Positions 12,501 to 25,867 of a DNA stretch of 28,846 bases are shown here, in pieces. The stretch is from Bugula neritina (Eukaryota > Animalia > Bryozoa). The notes under the pieces are model-generated. The model saw only the letters and a program-made list of their open reading frames with translations, was not told the DNA's origin and ran no database searches. The first letter of the stretch is position 1. Every line of letters starts with the position of its first letter. The translations under genes and the position numbers were made by a program. The stretch covers positions 1 through 28,846 of the forward strand of contig CAXIUT010000130.1 of NCBI GenBank assembly GCA_964035545.1, read 5' to 3'.

Positions 12501-13807
12501 ACTTATTCTATTTTTTCAATATTTTATTATTAACTAACTATGTTTTTTTCAATTTCTTCTTGTTTTAATTATTCCTTTTATCCAATTTATTTATTTTAAA
12601 CGATAACTTACATAAGTTCATTATTTTACTCCTTTTATTTTATAATTTATATTTATTTAGATATTTATTGATTATTTTCAACAACTTCTTCAACGTTCTT
12701 TCCTTTTTATTATTCTTAATTCATTTTTTATATTTATATTTAATTTAGTTTATTTTCTATACTTTATTATTATTTCTTTTCTTTTATCTCCTATTTCTAA
12801 TTCACTTACTAAGACTAATTAATCTTATTTTATTTTTATTAAATCTTTTAAGTTTATTAATTATTTTATATTTTAGGTTAGTTCTAAACTTTCTATTTTT
12901 AACTAAATTCTTTTTATTATTTATCAACTTTTTATTAATTTTTTGACTAAGGTTATTAAACTATTTATATTTTTTAAGCTTTTTATTATTCTTTTTATTA
13001 AGTTTTTTAAATATTTTAGATATTAATATATTATTTTTAGTTAATATTTTTAGTTTACTATACTTTGATATTCATTTATTATTCACTAGCTTAAACTTTA
13101 TCTATTTTTTATAGTTCTTATTTCAAAATTTGATCAACAATATTCTCTTCTTATTGCTTATTGTCTATTTATTTAATATTTTATTGAGGCTTAATCTAAT
13201 TTATTTCAACATTTTTTATAGGATCTTAAACAATCATCTAAACATTTTATTTTTATTCTATTTTATCTGATTTTTATTCAATTTTTTATTATTTATCTGT
13301 TATTTATTTATGAGATAAAATAATGGCTTAACTTTATCTGTTATTTTACTACTTTTCTTAAACTTTTTATTTATTTTATTCTTCTATTTTATTTTAACCT
13401 TCTTCATTTTTCAATGATTATTTATTTTATTTATTAATAGTTTATTCTTAAACAATATTAATATCTTTTTATTTTGGTTACTCTTCTTTATTATTTTAAT
13501 TTTCAATTACTTTATTTTATTCTAATGATTCTTTTGATTCCTATTTTCCATCATTTTTTTATTATTCTTTTTATTAATCTTTTTCTTTTACTTATTCTTA
13601 TTGTATTTAGTTATTTATTATTTATTTTTCAATAGTGATGATCTATGATGTTTCTTTTGGTTATTATTTTTATTTGATTTATGCTTATATTTAACTTACA
13701 TCATTTATTTATGGCATTTTTCCTTCATTTACTGTTTTTAATTATCTATTTTCTGGCTACTCAACTTGATTACTGTTCTCTTGGTTAATACTTTCAGGAT
13801 CAATCAT
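9546..13807 (-). CDS. MORN-repeat protein with a long Glu/Lys/Asn-rich low-complexity N-terminus, ~1413 aa. Intron 9968-9987
   Basis: C-terminal MORN repeats: YEGEWKNGFKHGKG, FVGSWAQGKKHGYG, YVGEYKNGKFHGKG|TYTW, YEGDFVEGSREGYG, YEGQYIRDKKSGFGVYKW, YEGEFQNDLKHGEG. No in-frame TGA was found in the scanned frame, and length minus the intron is a multiple of 3. Confidence 0.85.
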
Positions 13808-13886
13808 CAAAATTAGTTATATTTAATAAAAACAAACAACACAAACTTAATATCTTAATAACATATCTATAATTATAACTAAAATA

Positions 13887-14684
13887 ATGAAAGTAACATC
13901 AAGTGATTACTAAAATATAATATCCAAATTTATTCTTAATTTACCTAGAGAGGAACTATAAGATTCTTCCCGTCTAAGCTATCATGCATAAAAAGCTTTT
14001 TACTATTACCTGGATCATATCGTAAAAGATATATAAAGCAGTGATCGTCAAAAACAAAGAATTAACTTCTTTAATAACCTCAAAGAAAATAGTCCATCAT
14101 TTATTAAAATCAATCCTACTCTATTAGCTGATAAAATATTATAAAATAAACCTGTTTGTGGGGCTATTATCTTTAATAAGTAGAGTACAAAAGTACTACT
14201 GATAAAAGTTAAATAAAAATATGGGTTTCCTAAAGGTAAACTAAACCAAGGCTAAACTTTGGAAGATTGTGCGATTCGATAAGTTGAGGAGTAAACTGGT
14301 ATCAATATTTCTAATAAAATGGATGGAAGAATCAGAATCTAGTTTAGTCATCATGATGCGAGAATATGTTTTTTTGTTGCTAGAGGAATAGCTGAAGAAT
14401 AGAGGATTAAAGTAGAATGCAATGAAGTTGATTCTGTAATTTGGATGAAAGTTGAGGAAGTACGTAGATATATCACTAATTTCGTAGAGAGATCGAGGAT
14501 CGCTTGGGCTATGTATGAAAAGGAATACGCTGGGAGGGCAACTAGTTCCCAGTATATGGCTAAATTTAGTATAAAGGAGAGTTAAGAAATTGACTATGAG
14601 GCTGATCCTTTGAGACACTTCAAACTAGACAGATCTAAGTTGTCGAATGCTCTTTTTGGAAATATAAAATATGAAAGAATATGA
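13887..14684 (+). CDS. DCP2: mRNA decapping enzyme Dcp2-like Nudix hydrolase, 265 aa
   Basis: Box A-like SKFILNLPREELEDSSRLSYHAEKAFYYYLD, then PVCGAIIFN, then YGFPKGKLNQGETLEDCAIREVEEETG (Nudix box). Confidence 0.85.
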
Positions 14685-14702
14685 GATAAATGATAGAGTG
14701 AA

Positions 14703-16058
<1,356 letters not shown>

Positions 16059-16148
16059 TATATTATACTTTAATAATAATAAAGTTAGAAAATTATTTAT
16101 TCAATGATATTGGACTGATTATATAAATGATATCAATGTTATAGTAAA

Positions 16149-16933
16149 TCATTCTTTTGCTTTAATTTTTTTTTTATTGATTATTTTTTTAGATTATGTT
16201 TTTTATATTTTGACTACAGACTAATTTTTTTGTATTTAATCTACTGACTCCAATATTTTTTATATATTACTCAATTTATCTTATCCTTTTTTTCCTTGTT
16301 TGATAATTTATCTTATCTATGACAACTTATCGATAAAGTATTGACTCTATTTTGATTTATCAAGTGTTAAAGATCGATTATTTATTTTGGGTTTTATGTT
16401 ATCGTATGGACTTCTTGCCTTTCTGAGGTTATTTGATGAATTTTACTGTTATTTTTATCGACTAAATTATGAAAAGATTACGGTTTGAGAGGGTTTCTGA
16501 TCTAAACAAATGAAAAATCAACTGCTGCATGTTTCCTTGCTCCAGGGGCATCGTAGCTAGCTATATCGTTTTTGTTGTGGATGTCGAAGTAACGTTTAAG
16601 CCATTGAATGAATTCAAGATTATCTTGGTATTTGCTTTTGCTTAGTTTTTAAATATCGATATATTTTTGAATTTTGCATTTTCCAAAAGCTTGTTGCAAT
16701 ATTTTATAGTTGCCTATAAATTCCCATTAGTTTTTGGCTCTCCAGTTAATTCTGGCCATGGCGACCCGACCAGGATACATAGCATCGATTATTTGGCAAT
16801 AAACTGCTCCAGTTCCAAGTTGCTATATTTGTTTAACTTCTAAGGAGAGAGATGTATTGACCCAGGCGAGTAGGTCTGATTTAGGAACAAAGAATGCTCC
16901 CTCCATCATACCTATGCTTTGATTTTAGTTCAT
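16149..16933 (-). CDS. EB1: Microtubule plus-end binding protein EB1, 254 aa. Intron 16462-16481
   Basis: CH domain IGMMEGAFFVPKSDLLAWVN...IEQLGTGAVYCQ...NYKILQQAF...KYQDNLEFIQWLKRYFD. After the intron comes the EB-homology-like segment ESQYFIDKLSEIREII. Confidence 0.92.
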
Positions 16934-17150
16934 TTTAAATATTATTATGTAATTACTATTGATAAAAGTTAGCTCTTTAGGATTAAACTACTGATACTAA
17001 CAATATAAATAAGGCTCTATGAAATATTATTTTAATTTTTGAAGAATATTTATGAAAATATTAGTGAAATAGATCAATTTGAAATAAAAGTTACATTTTA
17101 TTAATTCTTTGTTTTTTTAGAGACTAAGAGATCATAAAAAATAGAATTTA

Positions 17151-17477
17151 TCATTTATCGTACCTTATATTTTTCACTATTTTACCAATTCTAATTCTAG
17201 ATCTTTACCCTCTTCCTTAAGACGTCCTCTACCTCACCTACGAACTCTCCATTGTCATATCTAACTGTTCTGTCTTCATATGGGTTTATATAAACCTTGG
17301 ATTGCATTTACTTCTGATGTAGCGACGACAGGGACAGGGGACAATGTAACTTACGTACTTATCTTTTAAGGAGTTATATTATTGGTAGCGAGTTTATGTT
17401 TTGTTAGTGCAATCAAGTTTGAAGTTTTTTTATTGGTTTAGAGATTTAAGAGAAATTGAGTTTGTTTTCTTCTCCAT
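17151..17477 (-). CDS. Possible hypothetical protein, 108 aa (frame uncertain)
   Basis: ATG 57 bp after the THOC2 stop, in a GC-richer patch: MEKKTNS...YIVPCPCRRYIRSKCNPRF...IRYDK*. Other frames are also open over part of the region. Confidence 0.35.
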
Positions 17478-17534
17478 AGAAGATTATAATTAGTTTAATA
17501 TAGTCTTATAATAGTACTTAGACAATTAACAATA

Positions 17535-20500
17535 TCAATTGTAATATTCTGAGGAATATTCTGGCTAGATTTTTGTCTCATTGGCTCTGAAGTCTTATTT
17601 CTTGATACTATCTTAAGACTATGATCTCTTTATCCTTTATCTTTCATGATTGAATTATTATTTATTTTTACCTTTGTTCATCTCCTTTTGATGCTTTTTG
17701 TATGCTTTACTTGATTCTTTATGAAATAGTTTTAATGATTTTTTGTCTGAATAAGTTTTATTTAAAGATTGTCTTTAACAAGGAGAAGAATTCATTGTTT
17801 ATTTGCTTTAATTTTATGAAGTATTGTATGAATTTGAAGAGAAAGGTTCATAAATTTAGAAATATTCGACTTAATTGTATCTATCTGTAACTTATTGATG
17901 AATTTTGCTTATATAATCATCGAAATTTAATTAATTTTTTAGTTAATACCTACAAAAGTTGATATACTAGAATATTTATTGTCCAAAACCTTTAGTAAAA
18001 GGTATAAAATTAACTCTTCTCAAATAGCTTAATGACAATTTAATAGCATTAACATTTGATTTGGTGCTAACTATCCTATCAACTATTCTTTAATGAAATT
18101 AATACAACATTTTTAATATATAATTATATTTTATCCTTTGATGTTTATTTATTTTAAAATAATTCTTTATGTTCTTAATTAGTATATAATTACTTTTCGA
18201 TATTTTTTCTATTGTTTGTGATATTGCATAAAATTAACAGACATGTTAGCTATTTTGATTATTGATTTAAGTTATCGAGGAGTGGCTATTTATATTCGAT
18301 CAGCAAGGAGACAGTTGAGTTGTCCGATCATTTTGACAGATATTTATAGAGAAAGAGCATTAGCTTAAAGAGTTTAGAGAAGGTACATCCAGGAGTAGCA
18401 GGCATCACCTTAAGAAAGCAAAATACGAGGTATCATACAGCGATTGAAGAATAGTTGTAAGTATTCATTTTTTATGAGTTAGTTTTAAAATATAGAGTTG
18501 CGCATCATTTTATGAATAGTTTATCGATGTGGAGATTTGTGACTCAGAAGATAGTATTTTTATTAGTAGATTTATATTTATCTTTAGAGTTAGTTCAAAA
18601 AATAAGATGAAGAATTGTATTTTGATTATTATTGATAGTTTTTTATATGATTTTTGTAGATTGATAGTTTTGATTCGAAGTAGTCGCTGTCTAAAATCCA
18701 AAATAAACTGAAGAGAGGGTACATTATGAAAGTATATATTCTTTTTTATTCAATTAAATTTATTTTAGTCTATTTTAGTTATTTATTGCTGTTCAAAATG
18801 CTTTTTAGTGATACATTTTGATAATAGACTCTTATTTTATCCCTTTGTTTCCAATCCTAGTAGAACCTGTAGCCGCCTTATCGTCTTTTTTTAGAGATCA
18901 TGAAGGCTATTTCTAGTGGAACTCCATGAGTATTGACTAGAGGTTATAGCAAACATAAGGCAAAGTATTATTGGATGATATTTTGATTTGTTTCTAGTTG
19001 TGCTAATTTTATGAAAGATAGAAGGGTTGATTGGAGTTAATCGAGAAGAAGAGAAGCTAGAGGGATGTTGTAGTTGTTAGAAATTTGTATTTATGATATT
19101 TTGCGGCAGATGCCGATGACTATCATATAAAAGTTGGATTAGAGGACAAAATTATCGTTGTTGAAGAGGATGGTAAGAGTTTTTTTTCTGAGTCGATATG
19201 ATTATTATATTTAGGTTGTTTTATCGTTTAATAGTGCATTTAGAAAGATGCCATAGGTGGAGTATTGATCCTATGCTTATGAGGTGTTTTACTCGTAGAG
19301 AATTATTTTTTTTATAAATAATTTTAAGAAGGATATATATTTAAGGAAGAATTAGTAGTTATTGAGTTAAATGAGTTATTATTTCTTTTTATTGAGTTTT
19401 ATTACAAAATATTTAAACACCATTTCTACGTATTAAGTTTGAGGCCATAAAATGAGGAAAAGGCAGATGCTTTAGGTGATTCTTTCGAATAGTTTACTAG
19501 CTATCATGTTGCTGTTAACAAATAGACTCTATTTTTAATATAATTCAGTAAGGATGAGAATAATAAAGGTGTTTCTGGCTATAATATTGTTGGCTATGAA
19601 GGGAAGAGTCTATGTGATGGATTTGATGTTGATTGTTCTGACTATTTACGATACACATGATATGCTGTTGCAGAGTAGTAGTTGTTTTAGTTTGGATTTG
19701 GCTTATGGTATGTTATCGATGCCTCTGTTCATTAGTAGTTTTGTTGATTTGGCTATTTAGATAGATGTGCTTATGAGTTGAATGGGTAAAAGGTTTCTAC
19801 TCTTCAAAACATATCGAATGATGCTTTGTTGTTCTTGGAAGTTGAAGGTGTTCAATATGGTGGTTATTGAATGGTGGATGGATGGGTCGTTGTGATAGAA
19901 TTCGAGGGCAGGTAGCAGCCATTTCTTTAGTATGAGTAAAACTTTTTATTTTATAGTTTTCATGTATTCTTATGATTGACTTGATTTGGTTATTAGTTAT
20001 AGGAGTCTGCAGGTTTTGATGAAACTTGTTCTTCTGGCAAAAATATGGTTGTTTGTATGGATTATGATTTATACTATTTTCATAAAGAGTTATTAACTGA
20101 TGTTGTAATATTGTTTAAAGTATCCTTTTGGAAATTTTACTTATTTCTTTTTATTTGTCTTAAAAATATTGACATAGGCTATTTGGTTATAGAGAGGATC
20201 AATCATCCATTCAAATATCTCTGAAAAAGCTTTAATTAATCTTGAATTATAGAGTTGTTATATTTTGATGCGATTGAAGTTAATTATTTATTTGAAGAGG
20301 GCGAAGTTGTTCTGGTAAAGTAGTTATTAAAGAAACTAAAATCTATTACCAACTATTTAACTCCATATAATATCATTGTTGATTGAAATAAATTATTATT
20401 TATTTAACTTAAGTAGTTGTTCTTGTTATTAATATTTTTTTATGCAAAAGTTGTTTATTTATTGTATTTTAGGTTATAAGTAAGGATCAATATCTTTCCA

Positions 20501-21328
20501 GCTAATTTTGTTTTATTTGATAAGTAGAGACAAAGCTGTTATTGTATTATTTTTGATTCTTTTATGGTTATAGTTTGATTCAAATTAATTATTTTTTTAT
20601 TTTACTATCTAATGCTATTTGTATATTTGCAATTTAGGTTTAATGATGAAGATAAAAGTTTATTTTCCTGTTATTTATATAATTTTATTTAACAAAAATT
20701 GACATTATTCTATCATTTTATTACCAATTGTATAGTTGATGATGGTATTTATTATTGAGTTTATATTGATAGGTGAGAGACCAACTTTTTATACCATTTT
20801 TTTCCATATCTATTAAATTCTTTATTTATTTGAGAGTAGTTGGTTGAGAATAAAAAGCATTTATATCTTTGTTTTTGTCACATTTATATTTTATGACTAT
20901 TTAATGGAAGAATTTGTACTTTAGAGTGTTTTGCTTGTTGGAGTATCGATAAGATGTTATAGGTGATGTGGTAGTTGATGATTGGCCAGAAGAATTGATT
21001 TTATTTAAGGTTATTGCAATAGTCTTTGATATATTGATTCAACATTTTGGCTTATTTTAATATTACTCTGATAATAAAGAGAAGCTGACCACATTCCTTC
21101 CATCATGACTAAGATATCTTATTTTATTTCTCTAAATTTTGATTGTAAAAAAATTGGAAGTAGTTCAGGTTTATTTGATATGTAGATACATACATAGAGG
21201 TAGAACTGCCTTTTTGTCATATGCGGATAGAGGTTTGGATTGTATTCGAAGGATTGTTCAGTTTGGGGTTGTGAAAGATGTGATATTACTTTTAGGGCTT
21301 CGAGGTAGAGAGAGTCTTATGTATTCAT
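17535..21328 (-). CDS. THOC2: THO complex subunit 2 (THOC2/Tho2)-like, ~1257 aa. Intron 18174-18193
   Basis: Segments colinear with remembered THOC2 motifs: IFEWMIDPLY, WLLPALEFYHNDP, LVNTHGVPLEIAFMISK, PLFSLFWILD, FFNRCMIPRILLSEGDACYSWMYL, and YILKMLYEFHERIV...NAIKLSL. The exact 3' end is less certain. Confidence 0.72.
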
Positions 21329-21379
21329 TGCTAGATTATAGTTAATATAAATTGACTTATCTATTTTGATATCTATATT

Positions 21380-21637
21380 ATGAAAATTAACATAAAGATA
21401 TTTTTTTTGTTTATCTTAGAAGTTATAGCTCAAAACAGTGATAATGATGGATCAAGAAAACTAGAATAAATTAAGCTAGACTAGCGATATGGTCCTTGGT
21501 CGGTGATATTCGTGGTTCTTTTAATGATTTCATTGATTTTTTTATTTCAGTACTTTCGAAGCCAAAGGAAAAGATCTATAAGCAGGTATACATAGAAGTT
21601 TGAGAGGGTGTAAAACTAGTTGAAGATGTAGTGTTGA
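21380..21637 (+). CDS. Type I membrane microprotein, 85 aa
   Basis: MKINIKIFFLFILEVIA (signal) QNSDNDGSRKLEEIKLDERYGP WSVIFVVLLMISLIFLFQYF (TM) RSQRKRS...ELKMEC*. It fills the gap between THOC2 and the next gene. Confidence 0.65.
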
Positions 21638-21677
21638 TTTGGATGATAATAATGATGTTTAATAATATAACTTAAAT

Positions 21678-22723
21678 ATGAAGAAGAAGGAGGGTAAGTA
21701 GAAAGACGGTAAGCAGAAGATCGACTACCATGAGTTGATAAACAAAAACGTATCCGACTTGAAGTTGACATTCGATTATGCTGGCTATCAATATACTCGT
21801 CTTGACCTTAGTGTATTTATCTATCTCCATAGTCCAAGTCGCTGGATGTTCTATCGCCTTTGTTCAAAGATTTTAAGTACTTGTAGCATATCGATCTATC
21901 CAATAACGGTGTGATTGACTTAACTCATTGTAGGAATGTGGTTATGTAGTGTCTGCTTTGCCTAATTTGGTTACTTTGAATGTAGAGAAAAATAATGTAA
22001 AAGATTTTAAAGCTCTCAATATCGAAGAGGGGTGGAAGACACTGAGAAGTCTCAATTTGAACTTTAACAAGATTGGAGAGTTGGTGCCTGTCAATATTCC
22101 TAATTTGATGGAGTTGAGTTTGATCTAAAACAAAATATAGAAGATGGAAAATTTCGGTGGACATCCTAAACTCAAGAAGTTGTAGTTGAGAAGAAACAAG
22201 ATCTTTAACTTGGCTGGGTTGGCAGGACTGCCCTAGTTGACTGAACTTTATCTTTCTTAGAACAAAATAAAATCTCTAGCAGGGCTGGATATTCCCAATA
22301 TAAAGATATTGCATTTGAGGAAGAATGTGGTATAGTTGATGGTATGTAGATTGTGGCTTTTGATGAAACATTTCCTGCTTATGAGCAGTTAACCTACCTC
22401 AACATCAGGTAGAATTTGATATAGAAATTCGAAGAGGTGCTTAAAACCAAGGATCTTCCCAATCTTAAAGAAATAGTATATTCTCGTATATTTTTATTAA
22501 AGTAGAAAATCCACTAATTCTCAAAAACTAATTTTATTTGTTTGATACTATTAACAGTAACTTGAAGTTGAAAAGGGTCAACAAGATAAGTGTTACTAAG
22601 AGTGTCAAGTTGAGAGCATTTAAGCATGCTGAGTAAAAATGGAGAGCAGCTGAAGAGTAGAAAAAGAAGTTGGAAGAGGAAGAAAAAAGAAAAGCTGAAC
22701 AGGAAAATCCACCTCCTGAATGA
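21678..22723 (+). CDS. SDS22-type LRR protein, LRRC23-like, 321 aa. Introns 21813-21832, 21930-21949, 22330-22349, 22486-22505
   Basis: YQYTRLDLS|SKSLDVLSPLFKDFKYLEHIDLSNN..., LKKLELRRNKI, LTELYLSENKI, IKILHLRKN, LTYLNIRENLI, LPNLKEIVYSQNP. The layout matches LRRC23, and four 20-nt introns restore the LRR register. Confidence 0.8.
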
Positions 22724-22853
22724 TAGTCGAGCTTATAGTCTTATTATCAATATACCTAACATAGTTATCAATATTGTAGGTAGCTAATAAGTTATTAGTC
22801 CTTTCTGAGTGAGAATAGAAGTAGATAGATAGTTATTAAAGTTAATATAACTG

Positions 22854-23435
22854 ATGGACCAGACAATGGATCAGCTTCTTACCAAACACAAACCTGTTCA
22901 GGGGTAGATCTAGGCAGACCCTTGGAATTCAATTCCGATAAAGAATTTTAAACAGGCTAAGGAAGCTACTGAATTGCATATGGGTAATCAAAAGGCGACA
23001 GTATTGGTAAAATTCAAACATTTTCCTAATTTGTAAATTTTATGGCTAAATAATAATCTATTGACTTCCCTGAAGGGGTTGTAAAGTTGTTTTAGAATTA
23101 AGCATCTTTTTGTGCATTCGAATAAAATAAAAAATATTGATGGAATATTTGATATTCTTAAATATGTGTAGACCTTGTCTATCTATGACAACTAGTTGAG
23201 AGATCTAGATAAAATACTTAAAAATCTAAAGGGACTTACTTCACTTAAAATTCTTGATCTTTTTGATAATCCAGCTGCGCATGAACCCAACTACAAAATG
23301 AGAGTACTTAACGACCTGCAAAGCGTTGACATCCATGACAGACATAAAGTATCAATAGTGGAAAAGGATGAGGCAGTTAAATTTATGTCTGAAGCTAAAG
23401 GCAAAAAGAAAAAGTCAAGGCCTTTTGCTTATTGA
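22854..23435 (+). CDS. LRR protein, LRRC72-like, 193 aa
   Basis: ATELHMGNQ, FPNLEILWLNNNLL, IKHLFVHSNKI, VETLSIYDNEL, LKILDLFDNP, and the LRRcap YKMRVLNDLQSVDIHD. Confidence 0.78.
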
Positions 23436-23489
23436 CCTTCATATCTATTATTATATTTATTTGATGAATATTGACTAACATGGACATGA

Positions 23490-25687
23490 TCAGTTGATAT
23501 CGATTTCTTATTATTCTTCTTTGGGCGTCAGTAAGTTGACCCAATAGTATTCCCACTCATCATATTGCTATTTATTATCGACCAATTAAGCCAATTATAG
23601 TAGATCTCTAATGCAACATCCTTATAGTAGGACTCCTACCTTTCTTACCACCTCATCTCTAATCTTATACTTCTATTTCAACATTGCTTGTATCTACTAT
23701 TTTTCTAATGTCCCTACAGCTATTCTAAATTATAGATGTGGTACTTGATGTCGAAGCGAGAGGTGAGGTCAAGTTGCTGCATGTTGTAGAAACAAGAAGT
23801 AGTGCCGATGAGTAGTAGTTTGCTTTACTATTTAGGTGGGGCTTTTTACAATAAAAGTAGAAGTGCTTGCAGCATGTTATTGGAGAATCTTCTGCCAATG
23901 GCTGAGTAGTCTATTAATCTTTAAATTTGGTCAATTACTATACAGGCATTGGTTGTCTTATAGGCATCTTAGAATACTTTACTGATGCTGCGGATCTTAT
24001 CGTGCTAGGTTTGACCTACTAAATTTTATGGAGAAATGATTTTAAGGTAGGAGTAAGAACGATGTTTAACAAAGTTGATGGCTATTGTGGTTTTGCCTGT
24101 TCCTGGTTTTCCATAAAGAATAACAGCTCTTTTGGAATTATTTGAGTGTTAGTTAAGTGCTGATGTTTAGAGTAGACTATTGGTTATTCTATCAAAGCTT
24201 GGTCCGTAGTTGATTACTTTTTATCTGAAGTAGGCTCCGAATTTTTATTAATCTACTCCAAATTGAGGCTTTACTTACTCCAAAGCTTTAAGGAAATCTA
24301 CCATTTCCACTTTAAGTTTAGACTAGTCTATCATTAACTCTTTAGAAAAATCAAGAATGTTAGTCGTCCTGCTAATAGAATGAGATGAGGCACATTTAAC
24401 TAATGCTTATATTTATGCTCCTGTAAAATTTTTTGTCATTCTTGCCAACTCATCAAGATGGCAATTGGAATCTAGCAGATAGTTGTTTCTTAAATTCTTT
24501 GTATGAATTTTTAATATTTGATGTCTTCCTTCTGTATTAGGCAACTTCACCTCAATATGAACTTAAAATCTTCCTGGTCTCAGAATAGCCTCATCAAGAA
24601 GGTCTTTTCTATTAGTCATACCGATGACAACTATATTATTCAAAGCCTATACTCCATCTATATTGGTCAGGAGTTGATTGACGACTTGATCACTGACTTG
24701 CTTGCCTACTCCTCCATGTACTCCTCTTTGCTTGCAGATAGCATCTATCTAGTCAAATACTATGATGTGTAGAGGACTTTTGTCTTTTAGCTTTTCCTAG
24801 TCTGCTCGAGCTTATGCAAATAACTTTCTAATATTTTATTATGACTAGCCTACAAATTTGCTGAATATTTAAGGTCCATTAACTATTTTTAGGTCTTTTA
24901 CACTTAGGGCTTGTGCTAGTTGTCTGGCAATAAGTGTTTTTCCTGTTCCTGGAGGACCATAGAGAAGTATGCCTTTGACATGTTTGATACCGAATCTTTT
25001 GACAGTTGATGTTTAGTATCTTCTGGATGCAAAGGTTCTTCTAAAGATATTGAAGAGTTCCTAATCGAGTCCTCCAATTCCCATATCTTCAATGGTGAAA
25101 TCAGGTCTAAATATATTATTTTAGTTGTTTTGCGTGGAGGTAGAGACAAATGATCCTTCTGCTGGTTTGAGATCAATTTGTGTTTCTGGGATAAGTTTTC
25201 CAAAGGAGCATTATTTTTTTTTACCATCTCCCATTATATTGAAACATCTGACTGCTTTAACACTGTATACAAAAGAACCGATATCAACATATTTGAGTTA
25301 TCCTAAATTGAAAAAACTTTATTTTTATTTTCTTCTAAGGGTTTAGACTACTTTCCAGGTTTAAACTTTTGTTTTTTAGGTGGCTCTTGGGATGACTTGA
25401 TCGAGTTATAGTTAGATATAAGACAAATCGTTATCGATTTAGAATTAATTAGCTAAAGGTTAAACTTTTATGTCTTTGCCGATATCAGTTCCAACAAAAG
25501 TTCTTAAATTTTTACTCATTCCTATTTTATTTTTTTAAATGTCATTGATAAAAGAACATTTGAGTATTTTTTTGTTAGAAATGCGGACATTGACTGTTTT
25601 TGTTGGATCTTTTGCAAGAGTAGATGGGAGGTAGACTGAGTTGTTCTTGGCTAGTTCGTTTGAGATGTTGCAAACTGTCAAATTCAT
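23490..25687 (-). CDS. NSF: Vesicle-fusing ATPase NSF/Sec18, ~725 aa. Intron 23725-23744
   Basis: [118 protein letters not shown], and the D2 Walker A GKPGTGKT. Confidence 0.95.
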
Positions 25688-25867
25688 ATACTCAGAATTG
25701 TAATATTATTATTAGATATTTCTTTAATAACCAAACCATAAAGAAAGAATATTAAAGCCATTTGTATGTTTAAAATATGAACATAAAATAATATTTTTTA
25801 AGGAGAAAATGGTAGAATTATTTTCAAAGTAACAGAAAATAGCATTTAGCAATTATAATACATATAG

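Noticed and set aside
21262-21270. Single TTTGGGGTT telomere-like word
   Set aside because: It is one unit inside the THOC2 coding sequence and is expected by chance.
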